Shown: positions 8,505 to 19,002 of the stretch, in pieces
Layout: each line of letters opens with the position of its first letter
How positions within the stretch are numbered: the stretch's first letter is position 1
Assembly (NCBI GenBank): GCA_937876395.1
Contig: CALEIM010000127.1
Location: 12,334-76,333, forward strand
Length of the DNA: 64,000 nt
Direction of reading: 5' to 3'
DNA from: an uncultured Wenzhouxiangella sp.
GTDB lineage: Bacteria > Pseudomonadota > Gammaproteobacteria > Xanthomonadales > Wenzhouxiangellaceae
Made by a program: the position numbers and the translations under genes
The notes under the pieces: model-generated
Database searches by the model: none
The model's input: only the letters and a program-made list of their open reading frames with translations
Told to the model about the DNA's origin: nothing

Positions 8505-9446
8505 ATGAAGCTGCCGCCGCTCAATACCCTGCCCGCGTTTGAGGCCGTCGCCCGCACCTTGAGCTTTTCGGCGGCGGCCGAAGAGCTGCATCTGACCCAG
8601 TCTGCGGTTTCGCACCAGATTCGCCGGCTGGAAGACCATCTGGGTGAAAGTCTGTTTGAGCGCGGCGGCCGGCGCGTGGCTTTGAGTGAACCGGGCGAAC
8701 GGTTTTACGAGGCGGTGGCTCCGGCTCTGGGCCAGATCGAGCGCGCCGCCGCCCAGCTTCGCGGCAGTGCAGATTCCCGCCTGCGCCTGGCCGTGCCAAG
8801 CTCATTTGCAGTCAGTTGGCTGATCGAGCGCCTGCCGCATCTGCAGCGTTTGCATCCGGAGCTGGACCTGACACTGGAAATGCTCGCCGACATGCCGACC
8901 ATGTCCGAGCGCCTGGCCGACTGCTTCATCACCACCCGCTTCGAGCAGCGCGGCTATCAGTCACTGCTGCTCTACGATGAGCGCCTGTTTGCGGTTTGCT
9001 CCCGTCAGTACTGGGGCCGGATTCGCGACGAGCTGGATGAGGCCGGGCTGCGCCGGCGCGGCAGCGGCCGGCTGATCGAGCCGGCCTGGCTGAACCGCTT
9101 TACCCTGTTGTCAGCAGCCAGCGTTTTCGAGCGGCGTGGCGAAGACTGGCGGCGCTGGTATCAGGTCGGTGGCGCGAACTTGCCGGACAAGGTCCGGGTA
9201 CAGCACTTTTCGCACATGCTGCTTGCCCATGAGGCCGCCCGCCATCACCAGGGCATCGCCCTTTCGAACGATTACATGCTCGATACTGCGACCGACCCCG
9301 ACCTGGTGCGCCTGCCGACCGCTCATGAGCTGGCCACTGGCGACGAATTTCATTTTGCCTGCAAGACCGCTCGAGCCAATGAGCCCGGCATTCGCAATCT
9401 GTCACGCTGGTTGCTCAAACAGGCTCAGGCCTCAGGCTGGGTTTGA
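8505..9446 (+). CDS. LysR-family transcriptional regulator (GcvA-like)
   Basis: LPPLNTLPAFEAVARTLSFSAAAEELHLTQSAVSHQIRRLE HTH. Confidence 0.93.
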   Translation: MKLPPLNTLPAFEAVARTLSFSAAAEELHLTQSAVSHQIRRLEDHLGESLFERGGRRVALSEPGERFYEAVAPALGQIERAAAQLRGSADSRLRLAVPSSFAVSWLIERLPHLQRLHPELDLTLEMLADMPTMSERLADCFITTRFEQRGYQSLLLYDERLFAVCSRQYWGRIRDELDEAGLRRRGSGRLIEPAWLNRFTLLSAASVFERRGEDWRRWYQVGGANLPDKVRVQHFSHMLLAHEAARHHQGIALSNDYMLDTATDPDLVRLPTAHELATGDEFHFACKTARANEPGIRNLSRWLLKQAQASGWV

Positions 9447-9517
9447 TTTACTGCTTGTGCATATGCCTGACGGAGTTCGCCGTAAGCCACACGCTCGCGA
9501 CGTAAATCAGAGTCACC

Positions 9518-10153
9518 TTAAATGAGCGAACCCTGACTGGGCGGCACGATGGGATCGAAATCGAGCACCTTTTTTCCACCATAAAACACCAGTTTGAACT
9601 CGGCCCGCGAGACCGGAACGTAGCGGTCGTTGCCGCCAATTTCCACCTGGGCGCCGTGGGTGAGGGCGTAGCCGTTTTCATCGACGCGCACAACCATGGT
9701 GGCTTTTGCTCCGGTGTGGCAGATGGTTTTCAGTTCCTTGATTTCATCGGCCCAGGCGAGCAGATGCTGGCTGCCCTCGAACAGCTCGCCGCGGAAATCC
9801 GTGCGCAGTCCGAAGGCGAGCACCGGGATGTTCAAGCGGTCTACCACCTCGCTGAGCTGGAAGACCTGCTCGCGGCTGAAAAACTGTGATTCGTCGGCAA
9901 GCACGCAGTGAACGTTGCCCTGTTCCAGTTCACCTTGCAGGTAGTTGAACAGATCGTCATCGGGTCCGACAGCGTGGGCCGGTTGCTCCAGGCCGATACG
10001 CGAGCGGATGACCCCGCGACCGGCGCGATCATCAAGCGCGGGTGTGATCAGCAGCGGCCGCATGCCGCGCTCCAGATAGTTGTACGCCGACTGCAGCAGC
10101 AAGGTGGTTTTGCCGGCATTCATGGTCGAGTAATAGAAGTACAGCTTGGCCAT
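9518..10153 (-). CDS. tdk: thymidine kinase
   Basis: [31 protein letters not shown] motifs. Confidence 0.96.
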   Translation of the reverse strand: MAKLYFYYSTMNAGKTTLLLQSAYNYLERGMRPLLITPALDDRAGRGVIRSRIGLEQPAHAVGPDDDLFNYLQGELEQGNVHCVLADESQFFSREQVFQLSEVVDRLNIPVLAFGLRTDFRGELFEGSQHLLAWADEIKELKTICHTGAKATMVVRVDENGYALTHGAQVEIGGNDRYVPVSRAEFKLVFYGGKKVLDFDPIVPPSQGSLI

Positions 10154-10166
10154 CAGTGCCGAAGCC

Positions 10167-10691
10167 TTACTGATTGTCCGGCTCGGTTTCGAGCCGGATG
10201 TCAATCCACACCGCGGCCAGCGCTTCGCGCTCATCAAGCCAGCTCTGCATGGCCGTGGTGAGTTGCTCGCAGTCCGTACAGTCGTCGTTGCGATAGAGAA
10301 GGATAAAAATATCGGCCTCGGGCAGATCGGCGGGCGTGACCGCCTCACCGTCGAGCGTCTGGACGCGCTCAAGGAGGCGGTCGAGGCGCACCATCGAGCG
10401 CTCTCTTCGCTGGCGATCAAAGATCAGCGACAGTTCGCGCTCAAAGTTACGCCGCTGGCCTTGCATATGCCAGGCCGCGCTGTGATCGGTGAAATACACA
10501 TAGAGCTGCGGCAGCCGGGTGATGACTCCGTCGCGCTTGGCCTGAGCCTGGGTGTTGCCGACAAAGCGCTGATGGGCCAGAACGACCTCATCACGCTGGA
10601 TGAATTCCAGCCGGGTGGTTTCGGCGGCCGTGGCCGGCGCACTGCCGGCCAGAGCGCTCAGCAGAATAAAAAGTACGGAAATACGCAGCAT
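10167..10691 (-). CDS. exported hypothetical protein with CxxC (possible thioredoxin-like fold)
   Basis: Signal peptide; [14 protein letters not shown]; 13 bp upstream of tdk. Confidence 0.6.
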   Translation of the reverse strand: MLRISVLFILLSALAGSAPATAAETTRLEFIQRDEVVLAHQRFVGNTQAQAKRDGVITRLPQLYVYFTDHSAAWHMQGQRRNFERELSLIFDRQRRERSMVRLDRLLERVQTLDGEAVTPADLPEADIFILLYRNDDCTDCEQLTTAMQSWLDEREALAAVWIDIRLETEPDNQ

Positions 10692-10772
10692 CGGTCCAGT
10701 ATATCGTTTCCGCTTGGCGGCCCGATGATGGCCGCGCGACGGCCGCCTTATTCAGACTAGAATAGCCGCCCC

Positions 10773-12767
10773 ATGCCTCGATCCTCAGCCAAACTCAACC
10801 CGGCGCAGCGCGCCGCCGTGACCCATATTGCGTCGCCGCTGCTGGTGCTGGCAGGGGCAGGCTCGGGCAAGACCCGGGTGATTACCGAAAAGATCGCCTG
10901 GCTGATTGATCAGGGCCACTATGGGGCACGCGAAATTGCCGCGATCACCTTTACCAACAAGGCGGCGCGCGAGATGAAGGCGCGCATCGGCAAGCGCCTG
11001 GGCCGAAAGAAAATCGAGGGGCTGACCATCTCGACCTTTCATTCCCTGGGCTGGCAAATCCTGCGTTCCGAACCGGAAGCGGCCGGTCGGCGCAAGGGCC
11101 TGAGCATTCTTGACCAGCACAGCGCCGGTGACCTGATCCGCGAGCTGTTGCCTTCAGGCACGCCGAATGATCGAATCTACGCGGCTCAGTCTGCGATCAG
11201 CCGCTACAAGGATGCTGGCCTGAGTATTGACCAGGCCCGCTCGGCCGCAAGCGGCGAACAGGCCGCGCTGGCGGCGGAAATTTTCGCCGCCTACCAGGAG
11301 CGCCTGAGCGCGCTCAACGCGGTTGACTTCGATGATCTGATCACGATTCCCGCCAGTCTCCTCGACGACCCGGTGGTGCGTACCCGCTGGCGACATCGCC
11401 TGAAATACCTGCTGGTCGACGAATATCAGGACACCTCCGAGGCCCAGTACCGGCTGCTTGGCCGGCTCAGCGCCGACAGCGGCGCGTTTACCGCGGTCGG
11501 TGATGACGATCAGTCGATCTACGCCTGGCGCGGCGCGCGGCCGGAAAACCTGCTTAGCCTGCAGGCCGACTGGCCGACACTTGAGATCATCAAACTCGAA
11601 CAGAACTACCGCTCCAGCGGGCATATTCTGAGCGCGGCCAACGCGGTCATCAGCCACAATCCGCACACTTTTGAAAAGCGCCTGTGGAGCGAACACGGCC
11701 CGGGCGACCGCGTCGAGGTTGCCGAGTACGTCGATGAAGCCGACGAAGCCGAATCGATTGCGCGGGCCATCGTCACCGAGGTCCGCGGGGGCCAGGCCAG
11801 CTTCGGCCAGTGTGCCGTGCTCTACCGCTCCAACTTCCAGGCCCGCGCGATTGAGCAGCAGCTACGTGAATACGGCGTGCCCTACGCGGTGTCGGGCGGG
11901 CCGAGCTGGTTCGATGCGCGTGAGATACGCGATGGGCTGGCCTATCTCAGGCTGCTGGTCAATCCGGACGACAACCCGGCCTTCATGCGCGTGGCCAATG
12001 CGCCGCGCCGCGGCCTGGGTTCAAGTGCGATGTCGCGTCTGGCCAGCTATGCCGACGCCACCCGCAAGAGTCTGTTCGAGGCAGCCGTTGATCCGGTTTT
12101 CCAGGCCGAGCTGCCGCTGCCGGCCCAGCGCGGTTTGCGCTCCTTCACCAATATGCTGATCGACTTTGGTGACCGTGCCGCGCGCGACAACATTGGCTCG
12201 GCCTTTGCCGACATGCTCGAGCACATCGCCTATCTTGACTGGTTGATTGCGCTCGATGACGAACCCAAAAAGGCCGAGCGCCGACGTCGCTCGCTGGGTG
12301 ACCTGACCGGCTGGGTCGAGCGCTTGAGCGACCAGATCGATTCGCCCGAAGCGCTGATCGCCAGGGTGTCGCTGGTTGCCGGCCCGGACGATGATCGCAA
12401 TGACGGCGCTGATCTGGTCCGTCTGATGACCCTGCACGCCGCCAAGGGCCTGGAGTTTGGCCGGGTCTGGCTGGCCGGCTGCGAAGAAGGTTTGCTGCCG
12501 CACAGCCGCTCGGTAGATGAGGGCAGCATCGAAGAAGAGCGTCGGCTGATGTATGTCGGCATTACCCGCGCCGAGCGCCGCCTGTTCATCAGCTATGCCC
12601 GCCGCCGCCGGCGCGGCGGTGAAGCGGTTGAAACCACGCCCAGCCGATTCCTTGATGATCTGCCCGAAGCGGCCGTTTCCTGGCCGGCCCGCCATGGCCC
12701 GGAAGAAAGCTCGAACGAAGATGCGGTTGACCACATCGCCGCACTCAAGGCGATGCTGGAAGGCTGA
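10773..12767 (+). CDS. rep: ATP-dependent DNA helicase Rep (UvrD/Rep family)
   Basis: AGAGSGKTRVIT, TFTNKAAREM, VDEYQDT, VGDDDQSIY, LEQNYRS, TLHAAKGLEF, YVGITRA; 664 aa with no UvrD C-terminal tail. Confidence 0.9.
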   Translation: MPRSSAKLNPAQRAAVTHIASPLLVLAGAGSGKTRVITEKIAWLIDQGHYGAREIAAITFTNKAAREMKARIGKRLGRKKIEGLTISTFHSLGWQILRSEPEAAGRRKGLSILDQHSAGDLIRELLPSGTPNDRIYAAQSAISRYKDAGLSIDQARSAASGEQAALAAEIFAAYQERLSALNAVDFDDLITIPASLLDDPVVRTRWRHRLKYLLVDEYQDTSEAQYRLLGRLSADSGAFTAVGDDDQSIYAWRGARPENLLSLQADWPTLEIIKLEQNYRSSGHILSAANAVISHNPHTFEKRLWSEHGPGDRVEVAEYVDEADEAESIARAIVTEVRGGQASFGQCAVLYRSNFQARAIEQQLREYGVPYAVSGGPSWFDAREIRDGLAYLRLLVNPDDNPAFMRVANAPRRGLGSSAMSRLASYADATRKSLFEAAVDPVFQAELPLPAQRGLRSFTNMLIDFGDRAARDNIGSAFADMLEHIAYLDWLIALDDEPKKAERRRRSLGDLTGWVERLSDQIDSPEALIARVSLVAGPDDDRNDGADLVRLMTLHAAKGLEFGRVWLAGCEEGLLPHSRSVDEGSIEEERRLMYVGITRAERRLFISYARRRRRGGEAVETTPSRFLDDLPEAAVSWPARHGPEESSNEDAVDHIAALKAMLEG

Positions 12768-12780
12768 GGTCGTTGATCGG

Positions 12781-12940
12781 AGGTCCGAAGTCAGAGGTCC
12801 GAAGTCTGAAGTCTGAAGTCTGAAGTCTGAAGTCCGAAGTCTGAAGTCTGAAGTCTGAAGTCCGAAGTCTGAAGTCCGAAGTCTGAAGTCAGAGGCCGAA
12901 GTCCGAAGTCCGAAGTCCGAAGTCTGACCTCCGACCTCCG
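12781..12940. repeat. heptamer tandem array (AAGTCYG)n, about 21 units plus inverted flank
   Basis: Units AAGTCTG/AAGTCCG/AAGTCAG/AGGTCCG over 12781-12926, then two ACCTCCG complementary to left-flank CGGAGGT. Confidence 0.95.
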
Positions 12941-12974
12941 ACCCGCCCTCCGATCCCAAGCTATTATAAAAACC

Positions 12975-13433
12975 ATGAGCAAACTACTGATCCTGAGCCT
13001 GACAATGATCGCTCTGAGCGGCTGCAATGCTGATGAGCCGTATGTACTGGTCAAGGAGCAGCGGTTTTACGTCGAAATTGCTGCCAATGACGCCAGCCGC
13101 AGCCAGGGCCTGATGTTTCGCGATGAACTGGCGCGCAACCGCGGCATGCTGTTCATTTTTCCCGATCAGCGCATGCGCGCCTTCTGGATGCGCAATACCC
13201 GCATTCCACTCGATATCATCTATATCGACCGCGAATTCAAGGTGGTCAGCATCAGCGCAAACACCCCGCCATGCCGATCAGCAAGCAATCGCTGTCCGAG
13301 CTACCCGAGCGCCGGTCCGGCCCAGTACGTGCTTGAAATCAACGCCGGTCTGGCCGCAGAACTTGGCCTTGAGCCGGGCGACCGCATTGAGGCAAACATG
13401 ATCGATATCCACCGACAATCGCCGCAACGGTGA
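12975..13433 (+). CDS. DUF192 family lipoprotein
   Basis: LSGC lipobox; GLMFR, GMLFIF, FWMRNTRIPLDII, YVLEINAG. Confidence 0.92.
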   Translation: MSKLLILSLTMIALSGCNADEPYVLVKEQRFYVEIAANDASRSQGLMFRDELARNRGMLFIFPDQRMRAFWMRNTRIPLDIIYIDREFKVVSISANTPPCRSASNRCPSYPSAGPAQYVLEINAGLAAELGLEPGDRIEANMIDIHRQSPQR

Positions 13434-13474
13434 TAAGCTCGGAAAACCCGATCATCCCTGCAGGAGTACCAGGC

Positions 13475-13702
13475 ATGTGGATCTTCCGGAAACTCTTGGG
13501 ACCCGTTCACCGCTTTCTTGAGCGTCGGCGCTTTCCCACGCTGTTGATCATGCTGGCCAGCTTGTTCGTGGCCAATGTCTTCATTCCCGACCCGATTCCG
13601 CTGATTGATGAGCTGATCATGCTGGTCGCTACCGTTGCGGTCGGCGCGTTTCGAAAGCCCCGGAAAGCTGACCATGAACTTGCCGACGACACAAAGCCCT
13701 GA
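13475..13702 (+). CDS. small membrane protein (DUF6116-like)
   Basis: CAGGAG RBS; R-F-PTL...FIPDPIPLIDE motif. Confidence 0.7.
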   Translation: MWIFRKLLGPVHRFLERRRFPTLLIMLASLFVANVFIPDPIPLIDELIMLVATVAVGAFRKPRKADHELADDTKP

Positions 13703-14441
13703 CCGGTCGCGCCCGCTGACGCTGCTGCAGCTCTCCGACAGCCATCTGTCGGCGGATCCTCAGGCCCGCTATCGGGATCAGTCGGCCGATGCCAACCTGG
13801 CCAGCCTGCGTCCGGCCATTTGCGAACTCAAGCCCGACCTGATCGTGTTGTCCGGTGACGTATCCGAGGATGGATCAGCACAATCCTACTGGCGAATGGG
13901 CGGCTTTGTGCGTGACCTGGCCGCACGGATCGCCTGGCTGCCCGGCAATCACGATCAGCGCTCGACCATGGCCGAGGTGTTTGATTCGCTCGATTTTGAA
14001 TCCGGACCGCTGCTGAGCGCTGGCGGCTGGCAGATTGCACTGCTCGACTCGGCCTGGCCGGATCGAGCCGAAGGGGAGCTCGATGCGCCGCGCCTGGCTC
14101 CACTGGATGAGCTGGACGCATCGCGGCCGGCGCTGGTGTTCGTGCATCACCAGCCGCTGCTGATCGGATCACCCTGGATTGACCGCTACCCCCTGGTCGA
14201 ATCGGAACGCCTGTGGCAGCGTCTGGCCGGCGGGCCGGTTCAGGCCGTGGCCTTCGGCCATGTGCATCAGGTTTTTGAGGGTGATAAACAGGGCATTGCC
14301 TGTCTGTCAGCCCCCTCGACAGCGGCCAACAGCGAGCGCGACGTGGCCCGGTTTACGGCCAGTTCGCTCGGGCCTGCGATGCGCTGGTTCCGGCTGTGGT
14401 TGGATGGGCGCTGGGAGACGGGTATTCTTGAACAAGGATGA
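13674..14441 (+). CDS. cpdA: 3',5'-cyclic-AMP phosphodiesterase (Icc/CpdA-like metallophosphoesterase)
   Basis: QLSDSHL, SGDVSED, PGNHD, HHQP and FGHVHQ motifs. Confidence 0.85.
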   Translation: MNLPTTQSPDRSRPLTLLQLSDSHLSADPQARYRDQSADANLASLRPAICELKPDLIVLSGDVSEDGSAQSYWRMGGFVRDLAARIAWLPGNHDQRSTMAEVFDSLDFESGPLLSAGGWQIALLDSAWPDRAEGELDAPRLAPLDELDASRPALVFVHHQPLLIGSPWIDRYPLVESERLWQRLAGGPVQAVAFGHVHQVFEGDKQGIACLSAPSTAANSERDVARFTASSLGPAMRWFRLWLDGRWETGILEQG

Positions 14442-14446
14442 AAAGA

Positions 14447-14538
14447 TAGCCAAAGGCTCAAGGCTCAAGGTGAAAGAGCTGAAAGTCCTGCGCTCCATGC
14501 TTTTCTCCTTTTTCCCTTTGCCTTGAGCTTTTCAGCTA
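14447..14538. repeat. imperfect inverted repeat built from AAGGCTC-like heptamers between convergent genes
   Basis: Left arm AAAGGCTCAAGGCTCAAGG...AGCTGAAAG, right arm CTTTGCCTTGAGCTTTTCAGCTA. Confidence 0.7.
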
Positions 14539-14718
14539 CATTTCGACCATCTCGAAATCTTCCTTGCCGGCACCGCAGTCGGGGCAGACCCAGTCTTCGG
14601 GCACGTCCTCCCAGCGGGTGCCGGGCGGGATGCCGTCGTCGGGCGCGCCCTGCTCCTCGTCATAGATCCAGCCGCAGACGATGCACATCCAGCTCTTCCA
14701 GCCTTGTTCTTCACTCAC
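14536..14718 (-). CDS. rubA: rubredoxin
   Basis: CIVCGWIYD...[18 protein letters not shown]; divergent from hemL. Confidence 0.96.
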   Translation of the reverse strand: MSEEQGWKSWMCIVCGWIYDEEQGAPDDGIPPGTRWEDVPEDWVCPDCGAGKEDFEMVEM

Positions 14719-14897
14719 CGCTTGGTAGTTTCCGTCGATTCAGATGGGCTTGGTATTGTAATGGATCAGCGCGGCCGCCTGGCCGGGTTGCGGGGCGGAA
14801 TGGCTCGATCCAGCAGTGTTTGATGCCGTAAACTTGGGGACTTGGCAGGAATCTGCCAGCTACAGCGCAACTCATACCTCAGGAGCCGTTTTTCAGC

Positions 14898-16187
14898 ATG
14901 TCTGCCAGCCACGATCTGTTCACCCGCGCCCGCGCCCGTATCCCCGGCGGAGTCAACTCACCGGTCCGTGCCTTTGCCGCCGTGGGCGGCGAGCCGGTTT
15001 TCTTCGAGCGTGCCGAGGGGGCCTGGATGTTCGATGTCGAGGGTCGGCGCTATATCGACTACGTCGGCTCCTGGGGACCAATGATCTGCGGCCATGCGCA
15101 TCCGAAGATTGTCGAGGCGGTGCAGCGCGCTGCGGCCAGGGGATTGAGCTTTGGTGCGCCGGCGCCCGATGAGGTCACAATGGCCGAAATGCTGTGCGAG
15201 ATGCTGCCTTCGCTGGAGCGGGTGCGCATGGTCAATTCCGGTACCGAGGCCACCATGTCGGCCCTGCGCCTGGCGCGTGCGGCAACCGGCCGCGATCATT
15301 TCATCAAGTTTGAAGGCCACTACCACGGCCACGGCGATTCCTTTCTGGTCAAGGCCGGGTCGGGTGCTCAGACCCTGGGCGTGCCGACCTCTCCGGGTGT
15401 GCCCGAATCCCTGGCGGCGCTGACGCTCAATGCGCGCTTCAACGATCTTGACAGCGTGCACGCGCTGTTCGCTGAGCATCCGGACGATATTGCCTGCATC
15501 ATCGTCGAGCCGGTGGCCGGCAACATGAACTGTGTGCCCCCGGTACCCGGATTTCTCGAAGGCCTGCGCCAGATCTGCGATCGACACGGCGCGCTGCTGA
15601 TTTTTGATGAAGTCATGACCGGCTTTCGCGTCGGGCCGACCGGCGCCCAGGGCCTGTACGGCGTGACCCCTGATCTGAGCACTTTCGGCAAGATCATCGG
15701 TGCCGGCATGCCGGTCGGGGCATTTGGCGGCAAGTACGACATCATGAAGCTGATTGCCCCGGAAGGACCGGTCTACCAGGCCGGCACCCTGTCGGGCAAT
15801 CCGGTGGCCATGGCCGCCGGGATTGCCAACCTGAAGCTGATCAGTGAACCAGGGTTTTATGAACGACTGACCGAGCGCACCCGCCAGCTCGCCGACGGTC
15901 TGAAAGCGGCGGCCGACCGTGCCGAGGTGCCCGTGCACACCGTTGCCGTGGGAGGCATGTTTGGCCTGTTCTTCACCGAGGAGAAGGCGGTGACCAACTT
16001 CGACCAGGCCGCAGCCTGCAACATCGACCAGTTTCGGACATTTTTTACCGCGATGCTCGAAGCCGGTGTTTATCTGGCGCCGAGCGCCTTCGAAGCCGGC
16101 TTCGTCTCCAGCGCTCACAGCGAGGCCGATATCACGGCAACCGTTGACCGGGCCGGCCAGGCCTTTGCCCGGATGGCGCGGGGCTGA
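14898..16187 (+). CDS. hemL: glutamate-1-semialdehyde 2,1-aminomutase
   Basis: [49 protein letters not shown]. Confidence 0.97.
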   Translation: MSASHDLFTRARARIPGGVNSPVRAFAAVGGEPVFFERAEGAWMFDVEGRRYIDYVGSWGPMICGHAHPKIVEAVQRAAARGLSFGAPAPDEVTMAEMLCEMLPSLERVRMVNSGTEATMSALRLARAATGRDHFIKFEGHYHGHGDSFLVKAGSGAQTLGVPTSPGVPESLAALTLNARFNDLDSVHALFAEHPDDIACIIVEPVAGNMNCVPPVPGFLEGLRQICDRHGALLIFDEVMTGFRVGPTGAQGLYGVTPDLSTFGKIIGAGMPVGAFGGKYDIMKLIAPEGPVYQAGTLSGNPVAMAAGIANLKLISEPGFYERLTERTRQLADGLKAAADRAEVPVHTVAVGGMFGLFFTEEKAVTNFDQAAACNIDQFRTFFTAMLEAGVYLAPSAFEAGFVSSAHSEADITATVDRAGQAFARMARG

Positions 16188-16235
16188 TCCGGTCCGGGCC
16201 GGTGGCCCGAACCGCTTTCGAAGATCTCCCGGGTT

Positions 16236-16847
16236 TCAGTACTTGACCGTGCAGCCGTAGGGGCGGGTCGTGGTCTGGCTGATTTCTTCGCCGGCCGCCA
16301 TCTGTTCGAGCGCAACTACGACGTACTGGGTGGCGTCGGCGATATCGTCTTGATTGGCGCTCGGGTTGGAGTCGATGCCGCCCATGTAGCGCAGCGTTCC
16401 CTCGGCGTCAATGATGTACATATGCGGTGTCACCCGGGCATCGTAGGCGCGGCCCATATCACCGGATTCGTCGAGCAGCACGGCGTTCGGCCGGGCGTTG
16501 CGCGAGGAGGTCAGATCGTCGGCTTCGGCGGCGCTGACATGGCCCTGGGTGCCGGGTTTCGACGAGATCACCGTCAGCCATGCCGCACCGTGCTCTTCCT
16601 GGGCAAGGCGCTGCTGGTCCTGCATGTTGCCGGCCCCGTAATGCTTGCGCACGAACGGACAGTCGTGGTTGGTCCATTCGAGAATGAGCAGTTGACCGGC
16701 GTAGTCGGCAAGCGTGTGGGTTTCGCCTGCCGTGTCGATGACTTTGAAATCCGGTGCCGGCTGGCCGATCTGCGGTGCGGCCGCGACCGCGGCCCACAAC
16801 ACCAGTCCGGAGACGGCGGTGGCGAACTGAGCTGAACGCTTGAACAT
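16236..16847 (-). CDS. exported redoxin (AhpC/TSA-like)
   Basis: Signal peptide, IGQPAPDF, EWTNHDCPFV, TPHMY, C-terminal YGCTVKY. Confidence 0.88.
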   Translation of the reverse strand: MFKRSAQFATAVSGLVLWAAVAAAPQIGQPAPDFKVIDTAGETHTLADYAGQLLILEWTNHDCPFVRKHYGAGNMQDQQRLAQEEHGAAWLTVISSKPGTQGHVSAAEADDLTSSRNARPNAVLLDESGDMGRAYDARVTPHMYIIDAEGTLRYMGGIDSNPSANQDDIADATQYVVVALEQMAAGEEISQTTTRPYGCTVKY

Positions 16848-16879
16848 GATGATTCTCCTTGGGGGGAAGACTGCAATGA

Positions 16880-18967
16880 TCAGGTTTTGTCGAGTGATTC
16901 GATGGCGGCAACCACCAGGCCGGGGCTGAGCACCTGCGGCAGCAGCACAGGTTCGCCGCCGTCGTATGGGTAGAGCGCGTAGAGCGGCACGCCGTTGCGC
17001 TGGTAGCTGGCCAGATAATCGGTGATGCGTTCGTCACGCCGTGTCCAGTCGCCTTTCATGTAGACGACGTTGTGATCGTCGAGCGCTTGGCGCACCGCGT
17101 CGTTGTTGAGCGCTACCCGTTCGTTGACCAGACAGGTCACGCACCAGTCGGCGGTCATGTTGACCAGCACCGCCAGGTCGGGCTCGGCGCGCAGTTCGGC
17201 CAGGCGTTCGGCCGAGTAGCTTTCCCACCAGGCCGCCTCATTGATTTCTGCGGACGGCTGAAAGCGCACTCCTGCGCCGAGCGCGGCGATGCTGGCGATC
17301 AGGCCCAGGGCAACGGCGACATGACGCACGCTGGCCAAGGTTGGGCTGCGATCACGCCGACCGGCCAGCCACAGTACGAAAGTCAGCATCAGTAGGCCGA
17401 GCAGCGTTGCGCTCAGCCCGTCACTGCCGACCTGACGGCCGAGCACCCACAGCAGCCAGACCACCGCCAGATAAAGCGGAAAGGCCATGAGCTGTTTGAA
17501 CGTTTCCATCCACGGACCGGGCCTGGGCAGCAGCCGGCCCAGCCGGGGCGAAAAGCTCAGCACCAGCATCGGCAGGGCAAGGCCCAGACCCAAGGCCAAA
17601 AACACGCTGATCGCCATGGGGCAGGGCATCAGCACAGCGGCGCCCAGGGCGGCGGCCATGAATGGCGCGGTGCATGGGCTGGCTACGATGCAGGCCAGAA
17701 TGCCGGTGAAAAAAGAGCCGCCAAGACCATCAGTTTCCGTTAAGCCCTGCCCGACGCCCATCAGGCGGCTGCCAAAATCGAACAGGCCCGAAAGCGACAG
17801 ACCAAGCGCAAAAAGAATATAAACCAGCGCGCCGATCACCCACGGCGACTGAAGCTGAAAACCCCAGCCGATCGCCTCGCCGCCGGCGCGCAGCGCCAGC
17901 AAAACGGTGGCCAGCACGGCAAAGCTCAGCAATACGCCGGCGGTGTAAGCCAGACCGTGGGCGCGCTGATCATGGCCGGCGCCGGCGACCAGGCTCATCG
18001 CCTTGATTGAGAGCACCGGAAACACGCATGGCATCAGGTTGAGCAGCACCCCGCCCGCCAGCGCCAGCAGCACGGACAGACCCCAGCCCAGCGGTGGTTC
18101 GGCAGCGGTCAGTAGAGCCGCGCCGGTGGTTTGCAGAGCCTCGCGCTGGGCGACGATTTCGAAGCCCTGGCCAGAGCGCTGATCGACGAACACCACCGGC
18201 AGCAATTCGGGAACCTCGGCCAGCCAGGGCGACAGCGCCTGGCCGGCCTGGAGCAGGCCGTCGATCTGGGCAACTTCGGCGGCCCTGGCGTGATCGACGA
18301 TGTTTTCGACCGCGACAAACACTTCCCAGTCGGCGCTGCCCGGCAGGCTGTCGGATTCGACTTGAACGGCAAGCTGGCCGGCGGCGGTGTCAAAACGAGC
18401 TGGCCAGTCGACCGCTTCAGGCGTTTGCTGGTCAGCCTGGGCGAACAGCGTGACTGCAGCCGGGTTTTGCGCCGGCGTTGACTGCTGAACCGGCAGGCTC
18501 ATCGACAGCTCAGCCTGGCCGGGGATGCAGATCTCCTCGCACACCAGCCACTCGGCTTCCACTGCAATCGTCAGATGGTCGCCGACCTGCAGATCGCCAG
18601 CCGGAGAGATAGTGACCGGCAGCAGGTGCTCGCCGCTGTAGCCGTAGTTGATCAGATGGCCCATCGGCAAGCGCTCGGGCCACGGCCAATGGATTTCCGA
18701 GGCATCGGTGCCGGCCGGCAGTTGCCAGGCCAGCTTGGTAGCCAGGCCGGAATCGCCGGGATTTTTCCAGTAGGTGTGCCAGTGCTCATCGGGCAGCAGG
18801 CGCAGGCCGACGCGAAACGGTGTGCCCGGCATCACCTGCTGAACTTCGCTGATCAGCTCGACTTCAATATGCGGCTGGCTGATCGGTCCGGGCTGGGCCT
18901 GCGCGACTGTGGCGAGCAAAGCCAGCGCGATCAGGGCCGCGAGCGGTCGGAAAATGGGTCTGGGCAT
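16880..18967 (-). CDS. dsbD: DsbD-family protein-disulfide reductase
   Basis: WHTYWKNPGDSG, CEEIC, LNLMPCVFP, ASPCTAPFM, TADWCVTC. Confidence 0.88.
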   Translation of the reverse strand: MPRPIFRPLAALIALALLATVAQAQPGPISQPHIEVELISEVQQVMPGTPFRVGLRLLPDEHWHTYWKNPGDSGLATKLAWQLPAGTDASEIHWPWPERLPMGHLINYGYSGEHLLPVTISPAGDLQVGDHLTIAVEAEWLVCEEICIPGQAELSMSLPVQQSTPAQNPAAVTLFAQADQQTPEAVDWPARFDTAAGQLAVQVESDSLPGSADWEVFVAVENIVDHARAAEVAQIDGLLQAGQALSPWLAEVPELLPVVFVDQRSGQGFEIVAQREALQTTGAALLTAAEPPLGWGLSVLLALAGGVLLNLMPCVFPVLSIKAMSLVAGAGHDQRAHGLAYTAGVLLSFAVLATVLLALRAGGEAIGWGFQLQSPWVIGALVYILFALGLSLSGLFDFGSRLMGVGQGLTETDGLGGSFFTGILACIVASPCTAPFMAAALGAAVLMPCPMAISVFLALGLGLALPMLVLSFSPRLGRLLPRPGPWMETFKQLMAFPLYLAVVWLLWVLGRQVGSDGLSATLLGLLMLTFVLWLAGRRDRSPTLASVRHVAVALGLIASIAALGAGVRFQPSAEINEAAWWESYSAERLAELRAEPDLAVLVNMTADWCVTCLVNERVALNNDAVRQALDDHNVVYMKGDWTRRDERITDYLASYQRNGVPLYALYPYDGGEPVLLPQVLSPGLVVAAIESLDKT

Positions 18968-19002
18968 CCGGGGATTTTCAAGTAGGGCCGATGAAGTCTC
19001 GC

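Noticed and set aside
12781..12940. CRISPR array
   Set aside because: 7-bp period with no unique spacers and no cas genes
12021..13054. Minus-strand ORFs with SDFRLQT repeats
   Set aside because: Translation of the heptamer array and antisense of rep; no RBS or family motifs
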